A DNA stretch of 64,000 nt from Neophaeotheca triangularis. Taxonomy: Eukaryota. Below the pieces are notes generated by a model that saw only the letters and a program-made list of their open reading frames with translations, made no database searches and had not been told where the DNA came from. Positions 11,847 through 24,044 of this stretch are shown in pieces (within the stretch, counting starts at the first letter, position 1; each line of letters starts with the position of its first letter). The stretch lies in contig BAAIJX010000011.1 of assembly GCA_054600435.1 (NCBI GenBank), positions 496,001 through 560,000 on the forward strand, written 5' to 3'. The translations under genes and the position numbers were made by a program.

Positions 11847-14767
11847 AGAGCCTCGAATGTAGGCCAGAGGCTTCTAGATCCTGACGAGTGTCAAGAACGT
11901 AAAACGTTCAAACATTGATGGGACGCCACGTCGTCACGCATGTCACGCTGTCGTGGAGGACGGTTCAGGTCAAGTTACAAGTAGCTAACACGTTGTCATT
12001 TATAAAAATGTTGAGATCACGCAAGATTATAAGCGGCAGAGGGCGGAGTAGGGAGGCAAGCCGTAGTTCTAGGCATTGGACGGTACATAGCGCTCGAGCC
12101 AGGTTTGTCTAATACAAGACCTGGGAGACACTGAGAGTTGTCGCCCGCGGAGCCTTCATACAGGGCTGCTTCTAACAATCGCGATGACCCGAAGGAGCCA
12201 TACCGCTAGAGTGGTCGATGTGGCCAGTGAGCCTGTTTAGCATGTAGGCGGGTGGTAGTACGCGTGTTTTCAAAAGCAGGTCGCAACCCTGGCGGATTTA
12301 GGCCCGTTTTATGGAAGAAGGCAAAAAGATTGATCGGCGAACAAGGCGCGAAGTGTGAGCGCTTCTCAAGTGCGTCTCTTCAGCAATACCTCGTAATATT
12401 TACTATGAGTCGTCATGGCCTCGGAACGAGAGCAAGAGCGTGAGTGAGCTACTGCTCTTATTAAACAGCAGTAGTGAGTAGGACTCGGGCGTCACGTGCC
12501 ATTGCCGATGGGGTTTCACAGCGTTACATTGGATATCATTGAATAGAAGGGACGCCGAGATGGGGCCGAAGAGACCGTGCCGTGCCGTGACGGTATGGTA
12601 TTCATCTGCCTCCGTACCTGTATGGCTTCGCGACTCCGCGATTGCTCGGTTTGCGTTGCCAACATGTCCAATAAGAAGAGGTCTTCATGGCCGTCTTCTG
12701 CCCTGCCACGTTTGAATAATAATGAAACGAAGCATTCGTCTTGCGGTCAGCACGCAATGAACGCCGTCACGCGCCGTGTACAGGGAGCACGCGCGATACC
12801 CGATGAGCTCGAACTTTTCGTCGCAACAAAAAGTCAATCCTGCACATCGCGATTCGTACGGGAAGTTCCCAGGTTCGCAATGAAGCACCCGTAACACCGT
12901 ATGTCGGTGAGCGTTCCATCAATAATTCTCGATGCAACCTCATCTTCTCCGTGCATTGCTATCGTCTCGTAACGTCCCATGGTGCCGGCGTAGCTCAAGC
13001 CTCAAGACGGACCGTGACCGTCTGTTTCTGTGCTTTCGTAGGGCGCTTGGATTCATCGAGCACATGCATGCATGCACGCATGTTGGTCGACCTTGTTATT
13101 TGCGAGGGGAACTGCAGAGGTGTCGAACTCGAGGGTGTATGGCATGTGCTGGAACGGGCTAGCAAATTAGTACTCATGTATCGCCGACGTGACGGTACTG
13201 CACTTCCTTTGATGGGAGGAATTCATATCCTGGGGGCCTGCTACGATTCATTTGTACGGGCACTTCACCTCTACACTAATTTTGTCATTGCCTACCCGGT
13301 AGTAGGAGCCTAGAGCCTGGGGCCTGGAGGTAGCAACTAGTCACCAGACGTGCTCCAACGTCCACCGAAGCAAAGTTGCGTAATTTGTTATCTCCTAATA
13401 AGGTAGCATTCCATGTTATGTGTGGGGTACGCTTTCAAGCTTCACCTGGAAGTTTCTTTGCAGGACGTGCGGGCTTCGGCGACTGTGCCCCGATGACCCT
13501 GCTTGAACCTGGCGGGGGCTTAAAGGTTGTTTCGAATTTTCTGGAGGTGGCACACCGGCAACCACTGCTAAAAGCCGGGACTTCACCCCTTCTAGAGGCC
13601 AAGAATCCTTGTGAAATCAAGCGATACGTTTGCTTGGTCGCCTCAAAGACACGTACTAATGCGCTCGCCTTGCCCGTATTGTACAAGTAACACGCAAGTG
13701 CCTTCGCCATGCGTTGTCAACTGTCTGTCAGACGAAACGACGCCGAAGTATGTGCCTTGACCACGACCAAGACTGCATGATATAAGCGTGCCATGACTCG
13801 CTGATCTTCGTTCAGCACGTCCAACCATGCAGTGCTTTCATCATCTTACAGCTAGCGTTGACGCCGTGATAGATGAGAAGTCATGAAGGTGCTGCAGTCC
13901 ACGAATACGCAAAGCTCTCGCATCGTTTCCTGAGATGTCTCGGATACTCAAGCAAGGGGGACGTCAAGCCAACCAGTGCCGGCCACGCGCTGGTCACGAT
14001 ACAATGCCAGGCAATGCTGGAGATTGGGATTTGGAGGCGCAAGTCTCAAAATGTTTTTTGCTGCTTCGTGTTGGCCTCGATGAGCATCCTAATACCTAGA
14101 CGATCGAATGGCGTGGGAACGGGAGGGAGCTGAGAGCCCTTGCGCCGTTGAACACCGCAATGAAATGTGATGGAAACCTTACACGCCGCTTCTGCGACTT
14201 CTAGAAGGGGTCGAAAGATGGCAAAATTCTGCAAGTGGGCGCTGCTTTGCAGATTGAGGCGTAACCAAGGCGGTCAGGCGCGACGGTGTAGCCGTTAGAC
14301 GCGGTATACGGTGGAGGCAACCGAAACCTTGCAGTGATGAGTGTAATGAATAAGTTCAAGTCGAAGGTCTCGTCGAAGATTAGGTATTTGTGCACAGACA
14401 GTCGAGCACGTTTTAGCGTCATGATCATGGCAAAGCGGAGGCTGTGATGCGCAGGTGTGAGATTTACAGTAAAAATAATGATGAAAAGGTCAGAAGCGTT
14501 GCAATGTGAGAGAAGGTTTTTCGGATTTTGTGCGGCGGAATAATTGCGGCATTCTCTCGAGGCCGATCATCATCGGCGGGCGGGAGGAGAAGGAAAAGGT
14601 GACGATGACAATGTACCGATGTCGTGTCGTTAGATGCAAAGCCTACTTGCATGGGCCTACCCAGACGAAAATGGTCGCGTAGAGCAACTCTACTCGCTTG
14701 GGCAGTCCGGCAAAAGGTGTAAGGGTATGTATGGTGAAGTCCCAAGATATTGTAAGGTATGTACAGT

Positions 14768-14803
14768 GGAGGTGAGGTGAGGTGAGGTGAGGTGAGGTGA
14801 AGG
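14768..14803. repeat. (GAGGT)n microsatellite, about 6-7 units
   Basis: ggaggtgaggtgaggtgaggtgaggtgaggtgaagg read directly. Confidence 0.9.
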
Positions 14804-15948
14804 TATCCATGGATGTAGGCAGGATGCGAGTCAAGGCAGCCCTACCCAGGATACCTGGGTAGGTACCTCGGGTACTTGCTGCAAAGAGAAGCGCCAAGAC
14901 GACCTTGAGTCGGAGACGGGAGTAGACGGGGCAAGGTGCACGAGCCAGGCCGCATGCTGCAAGCTGCAGTTGCCAGTACGGTACCTACGGTCTACCTAGG
15001 TATTCCTTACCTACTAGTACTTATTAGGTAGTGAGTTGATCTCGGATCCCGGAAGCCTCCCACTACCGGTGCTGGTGCCTGGCTTAGAGTTTGGGTTCTT
15101 GCCTTGCCTTGCCTCTTTTCCCGTCGCATGCCCCCAGGCAGCGGAAGGTCCGAGCACCCGACGACCGCCTGCCTGCCGGTGCACTTCTCGCACTTGTTGT
15201 TGGACGCCCAAAGTCGACTTTCGCAGTAGTACAGTACATCGCGTGGACCGCGCACTAAATCAACAACGTTATTGCGCGCAACAACGCGATCCTTCCTTCC
15301 TGAGTCCTGCCTGCCTCCCTTGTCTTGCTTGCCCGCCCTTTACCTTACCGTGCCTTACCGTGTAACCCCCACCCTCCACCCCCCTTTTCCCGCATCCCAC
15401 TGCATTTTTTTTCCCTTTTGCACCGTTTGTGCTTCGGCCTTTCTTCGCGCAACCTCGACCGCCCATCTGGCCGTCGCCCGACCCTTCCTTTCCCTCCGCT
15501 CGCCCCTTCCGTCCAAGCGGCACCAAGAAGCAAAGCCTGAAGCGCCCCTCCACCCTGGTCTGGTCCGTGAGTGTCAAGGCTGCCCCCGTGGACGCACGAT
15601 TTGGTCATATCGCCAGCATCAGCGCGACTGAACCTGAAGTCTGAGCCCCCGTGGAGCTGGAAGCTGTTGAAACTCGACAAGAGTAGTGGAAGTACTGCTA
15701 GTTGACAGTAGTGGGTGCCTGTCTCAGAAAAAAAGGTACGTGCTACTAATAACATTCATTCTTTTTCGCGGCATCGACCGCCCTATATACCTTGCCCCCC
15801 CTCCCCGCTCACACCCACCTCCGCCTTGGACGCTGCCATCTCGGCCTTGCCTTCTCCGTTCACTACACTTACTCGCGCCATCTCGCCCCGAATGTCTGCC
15901 GCAGTTATGTCGAACCCTTACTCACTGCAGCTTCAGGTTCAAGATTGG

Positions 15949-18444
15949 ATGCTGGCGCAAATGTCAAACTATCCCCCGCCGCCTCAGCCGGACCAGCAGC
16001 ATTATGCCGGACTTTACGCAGCCTCTGCCGGCGCGCAGCAGCTGCTGGACCCTTCGTCTCAGGACCAACTTCAGTACAGCCATTTAGCTCAACCTCCCTA
16101 CCCCAAGATCGAGTCCACAGCGCCGTCGCAGACATCAAGTGACCGCCCTATTCAGTCTTTGGCTGAAGAACTCCAACATCATGCCGCCAATGAGGAGCAA
16201 CAACGTCAACAGCAGCAACAGCAACAGCACCAACAGCAACAACAGCAACAGCAACAGCACCAACAGCACCAACAGCACCAGTTGCAGCATGCACCTCACC
16301 AACCCCAGCATGTTCAGCAACCGCCCATGCAGCAGCCAACCTTCAACGCACCCGGTCAGGCCTCTCCAGCGACTTTGCCACAAACGCTCTCGGATTCAGC
16401 ACAGAAGAGTAACAGGCTCCGGAAGGCTTGCGACTCTTGCAGCATTCGAAAAGTGAAGGTGAGTTCATCTCTCTCTTGGATGTGAAGTGATATGATCATC
16501 TAACCTTTTCTCAGTGCGACGAAGCCGGCCCTCCTTGTCGTGCTTGCGCTGCTCTGGACATACCCTGTACTTTCGACAGGCCAAGTCGTCGACGCGGTCC
16601 TCCCAATAGGCACGCAGAAGCGATCAAAAGGCGACGCTTGGAAGAAGCCGCAGGAGGTGTCTCTCCTCATATGTCAGGTCGCAGCTCGCCGGCCTCGCCT
16701 ACACATGCTGCGCAGGCTCTCGCCGCTCTGTCATCCCACCCTTCAAATCAGCAGCTTTCAGCAGAGGCGATCTGCCCCGTCGATACTCTTGAACTGTTGA
16801 TCGACGACTTCTTCACGTACATCCATCCACTCTGCCCGTTCCCTCATGAACCAAGCTTCCGCGAAGCCTGGAAGAGGCGAGAGGATTACAGCAATAAGGC
16901 TTTCCTTGCGCTGCTTGCATCGATGATCGGCACGCTGGTGGCTTCGTTTCCGCGCAGACCGAAACAACATCTCAAGATGCAGCAGCGAGAGAGCCTCTTC
17001 CCAAACCACATGGCTTTGGTAGATCGCTGTCAAAAAATATGTGCGCTCGCAAGGGGACCGGGCTACCTCGAGAATGAGTCACTGAACGTCTACGATGCCG
17101 CTACGAGCTATTTTCTCGCGCTCACAGGTGCCTACACTTTCAGGTGGCGTCAGGGTCGGCTTTACTTCGGAGAATGTCTCAACATCCTCAGAACACTAGG
17201 CTTGCACAAGTCCAAGTCACAGAACCAGTCTCAAGGCAGGCCGTTCGCTGCATCCGGAGGCTCGCAGAATTTTGGGTCTGACTCTGGCCACGTCTCAGAG
17301 ATCGACAACATTACGCTTGAAATGGGGAGGCGTATTTTCTGGACTCTCTTCGTGAGCATTAAAACTACCGAGCAATTGGGCGCTACTTTTGGAGAGCTCG
17401 TCATCCCACCTCCAACCCCCAGCGACCCCTACCCTCCTCTCCCGGCCGAGGTAGACGACTTTTGCATTTTCCCAACCCACAATGATCCGCAACCGCCAGG
17501 GTTGTTGCCAATCATTGCAGGCTTCAATGCAAACTGCAGAGTGTTCACTTCGTACAACGCGTTAGCAACCATGGAAAGTGCCTGGGGTATCGACTCATTG
17601 GTTGATTGGGATCGACAAAAGAGGGTGCTGCAGGAGTCGCTTCGGCGCTGCAAGGGATCCATCAGCGGTCTTCCAGCAGAGTTGAGTGTGTCGCCCAATC
17701 CAGGGATCACGAACCAGCAGCACAATGGCGACAATTTCTACCCCAGCTTTGGCCACGCCGGTGCTTTGCCCTTTATGAGCCCCAACGGCAGTGGCGCAAG
17801 CCAGGAGGACCGACGGCGTATTCAGTGCGAGATCCAAAAGGCCAACATCCATGCAAGCAGCCTTTGCACGCGCTCGTACATTGTCGAAAAGTTCTGGGAT
17901 CTTACTGAGGCTCACAGCAGAGCCCGTGTGCAGAAGAGCAATTCTTTGCCAGGGTCACCCAGCACACCAACCATGGGTCTGCACGCTGCCGGTATCGATG
18001 GGATGGTACCCCAGGTACCCACGAGCCATTACGACATGACTGAGCACGAGATGCGTGAAGAGAAGGAGTCGATCATGAAGGACCTGTTGACGGTGCTCGG
18101 TAGCATCAATCAAGTCAACATGGAACCCAACGCCGACAGCTTCGTAAGTCCTCCGCGCAATTCCTATCCATGGAACAGAACTAACGATCTCCCAGGCCAT
18201 GAAGATTCGCACAATCGCCAGTACGCTGCTCGACGGCCCCAACCAACGCAAAGGACAGGTCACCATGCAAGCGCAAGAGTACCTTACCGCTTTCCTTGAC
18301 ATAATTATGAAGCTAGAGCGCATGGGTCCATCAAGCAGCGACCCGGGCCAGCCAATCGACGAAGAGACCGAGCTTAGACATTGGGCTGACCTCCGAGAGT
18401 ATCAGATGAAGTTCGCTCAACAGGGGAGCTTGCTTGGAGTTTGA
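15949..18444 (+). CDS. Zn(II)2Cys6 transcription factor with poly-Q tract and fungal TF middle-homology region; introns 16459-16514 and 18144-18195; alternative start ATG 15892
   Basis: After splicing: CDSCSIRKVK|CDEAGPPCRACAALDIPC. Also DDFFTYIHPLCPFPHEPSF and EMGRRIFW. The start codon is uncertain. Confidence 0.88.
16198..16290 (+). repeat. CAG/CAA/CAC trinucleotide repeat encoding a poly-Q/H tract
   Basis: Translates QQRQQQQQQQHQQQQQQQQQHQQHQQHQLQH. Confidence 0.9.
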
Positions 18445-18898
18445 TTCGGACGTCTGTTGTGGGACTGTAGGCGCATGGGTTGCTACAGATTTTGTCTCAT
18501 TGGACAAATGGCTGGGAAGGATGAGTGACTGATACCCAGGGAGACGGAAAGGCGTACATCTCTGTACAACAGTGTATACATGCGGTTGGCAGTATCGCTA
18601 TCGAAAAAGGGAGATTACTTCTGACGAGGCCTTTAATTTCGAAGACGAGCGCATGAGAAAAATGTACATTCATAAACAGTCTAACAATGTGTTTCGTTCC
18701 CAAACGCCTTCGCTTCGAAACCACCCGACATCTCCTCAAAAATGTGTGCTATGAACGTGCCGATCTATGACTTCAGACTTTCGCTGCAACGCCAACCCTC
18801 TATGAAAAACGCCCGGCAAGATGCAAAGTCGCCTCCAGCACTTGGAGCACGACGGTCTGTGCCACTCTTCGCCTTGCCGCCTTTGGCGAAAACTTCCC

Positions 18899-20323
18899 TC
18901 AGCCGTGCCACCTAACCTTTGGGCAACCCTGGAAGCCCTCAATGTACTTGTCTATACGTTCGCGTATCCAGCCAGACGTCCAGTGCTCGGCCTCGCGTTC
19001 ATCGCTTTTCCCGAAGCGTATCACCTTGCCAATGTGGCACCGCCCGGGCGAGTACATCCACTGTATACAGTCGTCGGCCGACTTCTTCAGACAAGCCGCC
19101 TCGCAGGCTTCTTGTGACTCAACCGCAGCCTTTTCATAGTCTTGCAGCTTCTTAAAGTCCTCGTCACCCTTAGTGGCGAGCTCGGGCTTCGCGAGCTTCC
19201 TGTCCTTGGATATGTTATTCCAGTCCTTGCGCGTCACAGACACGTGGCGGGAGATGAAGTGTTTGAAGATGTCGGCGTGTAGGTATGGCGTGCTCCAGCC
19301 GTGCTGGTTGACCCATTCGGTTTGGAACTGCCAGAGCGCGTCTATCTCGATTGGCGAGACGTGGTGGTAGGTGACGGCAGGTGTGCACCAGTGCTTCCAG
19401 GTGAAGTCGATGGAGCTGACCGTTTCGCCCTGGATCAGGGGCCACGCGGGCGTCAGCGGCACGCCAACTTCGACCAATGCTCGCGCTACAACTTCGTCGC
19501 CACAGCAGGAAGTGGATGTTATCTCCTCCCATCTGTTGTCGTATTGCTTCGGCCCCTCCGTTTCTCGTTTGGAAGCGAGTTGCTCCGCCGCTGCGCGAGA
19601 GACCACGACCCCGCTGCCACCATGCGCAAAGTGCGAGCCGCCAATTACATTCTGAGAGCCCAAGTAGTATCCTTGATTTGGGTCCATGGTTTTTAGCCAT
19701 TGCAATAAATTTGTCCAGGAGACGCTCGTGTCCGCCTCCATGTACACGAACCATTCGATGTGCTTGGGTGACTTTGCAAAGGTCTCATGCATCATGGGCA
19801 GAAACTTCCATTTGTCCAGGTTCCAACCTCCATCCCCTTTCAGCAAGCTCATGTCCTGACCACTCTGTTGATACCCTTGTAGCTTGCGGTACAGTTCAAA
19901 GTCGCCGTGGTTCTCTCTGAAATGATTGCTAACAGGCGCTATGGCGTCGAAGACGGTGGTGTCGGCGAAGTTTTGGGCCAGGTCGGAGAAGATGAGGAAG
20001 TGCGGCGTGCACTTGAAGAGCGTGACGAAATGGGTGGGCAGTTTCTCGTAGAGCTCGGTCGCGCCTGTCTTCAACACCACCATGACCTTGTCGGCGCCTT
20101 GGATGTTGCGACATTCCTCTGCGGCATTCGTGGTGGGTACATGGCCGTCAGCGGCAGTGTCTAGGGGTGAGGAGACGGAGGGCGAGGTAGTAGCGGCCAG
20201 TGGTCGACTGTATTGCTTTAGTTCTGGCAGCCATGCGTCGCGGAACAGGTAGAAGCCGAATATGAGGCAGAAGATGACCGCCAGGCGAGGGAGCGTCAGT
20301 CCACGAGCCAAGGGAGCCGACAT
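18899..20323 (-). CDS. Glycosyltransferase family 31 (Fringe-like), type II membrane protein, intronless
   Basis: N-terminal TM anchor; VLKTGATE, GWNLDKWKFLPM, WFVYMEADT (ExD variant of DxD), FAHGGSGVVVSRAA, CCGDEVVA, PAVTYHH. Confidence 0.85.
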   Translation of the reverse strand: MSAPLARGLTLPRLAVIFCLIFGFYLFRDAWLPELKQYSRPLAATTSPSVSSPLDTAADGHVPTTNAAEECRNIQGADKVMVVLKTGATELYEKLPTHFVTLFKCTPHFLIFSDLAQNFADTTVFDAIAPVSNHFRENHGDFELYRKLQGYQQSGQDMSLLKGDGGWNLDKWKFLPMMHETFAKSPKHIEWFVYMEADTSVSWTNLLQWLKTMDPNQGYYLGSQNVIGGSHFAHGGSGVVVSRAAAEQLASKRETEGPKQYDNRWEEITSTSCCGDEVVARALVEVGVPLTPAWPLIQGETVSSIDFTWKHWCTPAVTYHHVSPIEIDALWQFQTEWVNQHGWSTPYLHADIFKHFISRHVSVTRKDWNNISKDRKLAKPELATKGDEDFKKLQDYEKAAVESQEACEAACLKKSADDCIQWMYSPGRCHIGKVIRFGKSDEREAEHWTSGWIRERIDKYIEGFQGCPKVRWHG

Positions 20324-20601
20324 GGTCGTGGCGCGAATGGAAGGCTGTCTAGTGTTGAAGGGGGCGGAAAGGAGAGGGTGGTAAGCTTGTCATAGCCGGG
20401 TGGTATTATTTGCGAGAGAGGGGAGGTTTTGAGAAGAATGGCGAGTCGTAAGGTGAGGAGCGTAAAGGTCTTGTTGGTGGTGGTGATTGATGATGTACCC
20501 GGTACCCTTTACACGTCAGCTTCGATTGTTATGGTGGAACACAGACCCAAGTTAATTACTAGTTAAGCCGTTGCAACTTGCTAGGAAGGCGAGACGAAGC
20601 G

Positions 20602-20711
20602 AGGGATGGGATGGGATGGGATAGGATGCATTACCTTACTATTACTATACCTTACTATACTATACTACTATTACTATACTATACTATACTACTATACTAT
20701 ACTATACTAGT
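20602..20711. repeat. Compound microsatellite: (GGGAT)n followed by a (TACTA)/(TAC)-type tract
   Basis: gggatgggatgggatggga then tactatactatactactattactatactactatactactatac... Confidence 0.9.
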
Positions 20712-21271
20712 ACAGGCGGGGGATGCGAGGCCTGGTAGAAGCGGAGGAGCTCGCGACACCTGTATGTAATAATTAATACCTCCAAAGACAGCAATCAGCC
20801 TTGTCATGCGGAAATGGCATGCAAGCTTCGGGAAGTACGCTGACTGAGTGCCTTAGTACCGTTTAGGTGTTAGTAGCATGTTTTGGGGCGCGCGGCCCGC
20901 TCCTTTCGGCGAGTAGAGCCGACTCACGTGTTACAGCCCAGCTCACGATAACGCCATTCTCTCAAATATACATTACATTACTACCTTACCTAGTACCTTA
21001 GCTAGGTAGACTTGTATTCAATCTGGAAGGTAACCTTCTAGTTAACTTAAGTGAATTAACTTGTATCAAACTTACCTAATCATCATTTGAGCCTGAGGCA
21101 TAAGGTAAATTCAAAATCGCAAAAAAAATACTTCCAGATTGGTACATTCAACATACCGTGAGCTTCAGCTTCAGCGTTGATTGGCTCCTTTTGCATGCTC
21201 GGATTCGCTCTTCGCATCCCCCTCCACCTCCACCAAACGATCCGGACACTCCGTTCGTTCGCGAACATCCA

Positions 21272-22597
21272 ATGCCACGCTTGAACCATCGCAAAGCGCG
21301 CACTGGCTGTCAACGGTGTAAACTTCGCAAAGTCAAATGCTCTGAAGACAAACCTATTTGTTCTGCTTGTGCAAGACACGACGTTCCCTGCCTCTATCTG
21401 CCCCCTCCGCCACGTCCGTCCAGAGCAGCACCGGGCGCATCCCCTCATCCAACACCTCAGCCCGCCCCTCTACCATTACTCGTCCAGCATGATCAAGGCC
21501 ATGGTCGCAATCTGCTCGAGCTACGGCTCATGCATCAATGGACGGCCTACGCTTCCGAGGCCTTCTCAACATCACGGAACTTCTGGCAGCTTCAGGTGCC
21601 TCTGATGGCCCTGGAGCACCCTCAAGTCATGGACTCGCTCATGTCCATCTCGGCGCTACATCTCTCAAAATCGTCTGCAACCGCATTTCCTGTCTACCCC
21701 GGACCCTCTGCATCTTCGCAGGTCCCTTCATATCAAGATAAAGATCGCAATCTAGCACAACGAGTCGCGACTCTTAGCCCCGGTCCTGTCGGCTCCGAGA
21801 CACTCCACAGTCAATCAGACGTGTCCGGCGAGGATTACACCATGCTGATAAATTCTCGCATCTATCTCGACCGAGCGATAGAAGGCCACCGGTTGTCACT
21901 CTCGAATGAATTAACGCTTCAAAACATCGAGGCGGTGTATGCGACGGCCACCCTCATTTCATCCACGGCTCTATTCACTCTCAGCAACCAGGAGGACGAT
22001 CCGACATTGCCGCCGCTCGATGCAACCTTATGGGCCCGGCTGGCTGCGAACATGCGCGATATTGCCGCGCGATGGCGAGAGCTTGCAGGCGAAAACTGGA
22101 TGACCTTTTCTGCCATTTTCGACGAAAAGCCGGACATGCACGACGAGGTGGAACTCTTTCGACCCGAGCACGCTGCGCCGTTTGCCGCATTACTTGCACA
22201 AAGTCTGGAGTACGAGCTCCTACCCGGAGAGGATCAAAAAGCCTACCAGCAGACAGTCTCGTACCTTGGCCTGACCTACACAAACATCCTGAACGGGACG
22301 GACGACCACCTCGCAACTTGCCGACGAATTCTCACACTACCCGCTTGTTGCCCACCAAGGTTCATCGGGCTGGTAGCGGAGAGACAACCGAGGGCCATAG
22401 CGATCTTGGTACATATCTTTGCCGTCATGAAACTCATAGATAGCGAGGCGGTGTGGTTCCGTGGTATCGCTGAGCGACAGATTCCCAGCTTATATGAGGG
22501 CATTGCTCCAGAATGGAAGGAGATGCTGCATTGGCCCTTGAGTATCATCACCGGCGACCAAAGCGCATTGTCCAAGGAAAGCGCCAAAGAAGGATGA
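21272..22597 (+). CDS. Zn(II)2Cys6 transcription factor, Upc2-like (sterol uptake control) architecture, intronless
   Basis: MPRLNHRKARTGCQRCKLRKVKCSEDKPICSACARHDVPCLY, LLELRLMHQWT, WQLQVPLMALEHP, C-terminal PEWKEMLHWP. Confidence 0.85.
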   Translation: MPRLNHRKARTGCQRCKLRKVKCSEDKPICSACARHDVPCLYLPPPPRPSRAAPGASPHPTPQPAPLPLLVQHDQGHGRNLLELRLMHQWTAYASEAFSTSRNFWQLQVPLMALEHPQVMDSLMSISALHLSKSSATAFPVYPGPSASSQVPSYQDKDRNLAQRVATLSPGPVGSETLHSQSDVSGEDYTMLINSRIYLDRAIEGHRLSLSNELTLQNIEAVYATATLISSTALFTLSNQEDDPTLPPLDATLWARLAANMRDIAARWRELAGENWMTFSAIFDEKPDMHDEVELFRPEHAAPFAALLAQSLEYELLPGEDQKAYQQTVSYLGLTYTNILNGTDDHLATCRRILTLPACCPPRFIGLVAERQPRAIAILVHIFAVMKLIDSEAVWFRGIAERQIPSLYEGIAPEWKEMLHWPLSIITGDQSALSKESAKEG

Positions 22598-23615
22598 TGC
22601 CACAATGGCTTCATGGAAACAATGCTCGAAAATTTACTTGCCACTTGGCCAGTGCTACACTTGTTCGAGGGCTGCTCGACACAACGACTCCCACACCCTA
22701 TGGTAGGGCTTCGATCGTTCCAACGGTTCCAGTGCGAGGTCTCTGAGCCTCGGAACGATCGCTCCATGGTCTCGACGTCGAGTTCATGCTCGGCGACAAA
22801 GGTCTCTCGGTGACATCTCGCACAATTATTTAGGCCATATCGAGGACATTATACGTGTTAGACGTCGATCGGTAGTAGTCAAGCCACAACAGCTAAGATT
22901 TTGACGCATCAAGGAGATGGGGCGAACTTGGACGAAACCTTGAGTTGAGCGTCTGCATGCACTCGACCTAGCAGAGTATCACTGTGCTGCAAGAAGTCAC
23001 AGGGTTAGATAATGAACATAATGGAGGCAAAGACTTTCGTTCCAATCGAGTGTAATTGATAGCAGGACACGGCTTCCTTTGCTTGCAAGTGCACGATCAT
23101 GTTCCTCGACGTCTCGTTTTTCGAACCCATGTTCAAGGTAGCATGCTGGGAAGGCAGGAAGCAGGAACTCGTGCAGTACAAGGCCAAATCATGAAAGAAG
23201 GGTTAAAGTGTAGCTGTCAGGAAGACGCTTCGGACGGACGAAGCTGATGCGCTACGGACCCTACTGCTGTGCAGTCAAACCTGAAAGTTTGACCCCGGCC
23301 ACCATCACTAACTGCGCTCGATGATCCGCTATTGCATCATGATAGCGCCAACCACCGACCTACCTACCTTACCTTAGGTACGTATTTGGGTTCCTCATTG
23401 GACGTACCCGTGCCTTGGTCGAGGCTGGTCATGGTTGATTAGACTAGGAGGTAGTGAGATTGAGGGGAGGGGTTTTTAACAGAGTAATAAGTATATATAG
23501 ACATATATCCGCAGCCCCCCACTTCACATTATCCCAAGGTTGCTACTACTTACCCCTCATAATTGAAAAACGACTCCAATAATACGCCAGTCCGCTCGTT
23601 CCATTACCCGCCAAC

Positions 23616-24044
23616 ATGAACAACACCCCAGAGGACATTTCGAACGCCGCCCAAGGCCACAAAGGTTGGTATTCGACGAGCAGAACCTGGCAGGGAACAG
23701 CACTGTCTGACGAGGGAAACAGCCAACTTGAGCAACCCAAACACCTCGGAGGAGTCCAAGCAGCACTCTAGAGAGGAGCTCAAGAAGCTCGGTGGCGAAG
23801 ACGCTTTTTACGAGAAGAACGATCAGCCGGAGATTCCAAAGAACCCCAACCAAGTTGCTGGTGGCTTGAAGTGAGTGAGATGCGCTGTGCAAGCTGAGAG
23901 GATGAGAGAGAAAGAACGAGAGAGAGAGAGAGAGAGAAAGATGAGGAAGCTGACAACGTTTGAACCAGGGCCGCTATCAACAACCCTCAGACCACTCAGG
24001 AGGGCAAGGAGGAGGCCAGGGAGAAGCTCGACGAGATGAAGTAG
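23616..24044 (+). CDS. con-6: Conidiation-specific protein 6 (CON-6 family), 90 aa; exons 23616-23664, 23723-23870, 23969-24044
   Basis: Spliced translation MNNTPEDISNAAQGHKANLSNPNTSEESKQHSREELKKLGGEDAFYEKNDQPEIPKNPNQVAGGLKAAINNPQTTQEGKEEAREKLDEMK. It has two Con-6-type repeats. Exon lengths sum to 273 nt. TATATATA near 23492. Not in the ORF track. Confidence 0.88.
23904..23940. repeat. (GA)n microsatellite inside con-6 intron 2
   Basis: gagagagaaagaacgagagagagagagagagagaaag. Confidence 0.9.

Noticed and set aside
11850..15700. Possible telomerase RNA in the long intergenic gap
   Set aside because: I found no TAACCCTAA-type template on either strand by eye.
20634..20711. TACTA tract as a CRISPR array, telomere or transposon end
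   Set aside because: Simple microsatellite with no spacers, terminal inverted repeats, target-site duplication or transposase, in a eukaryotic context.
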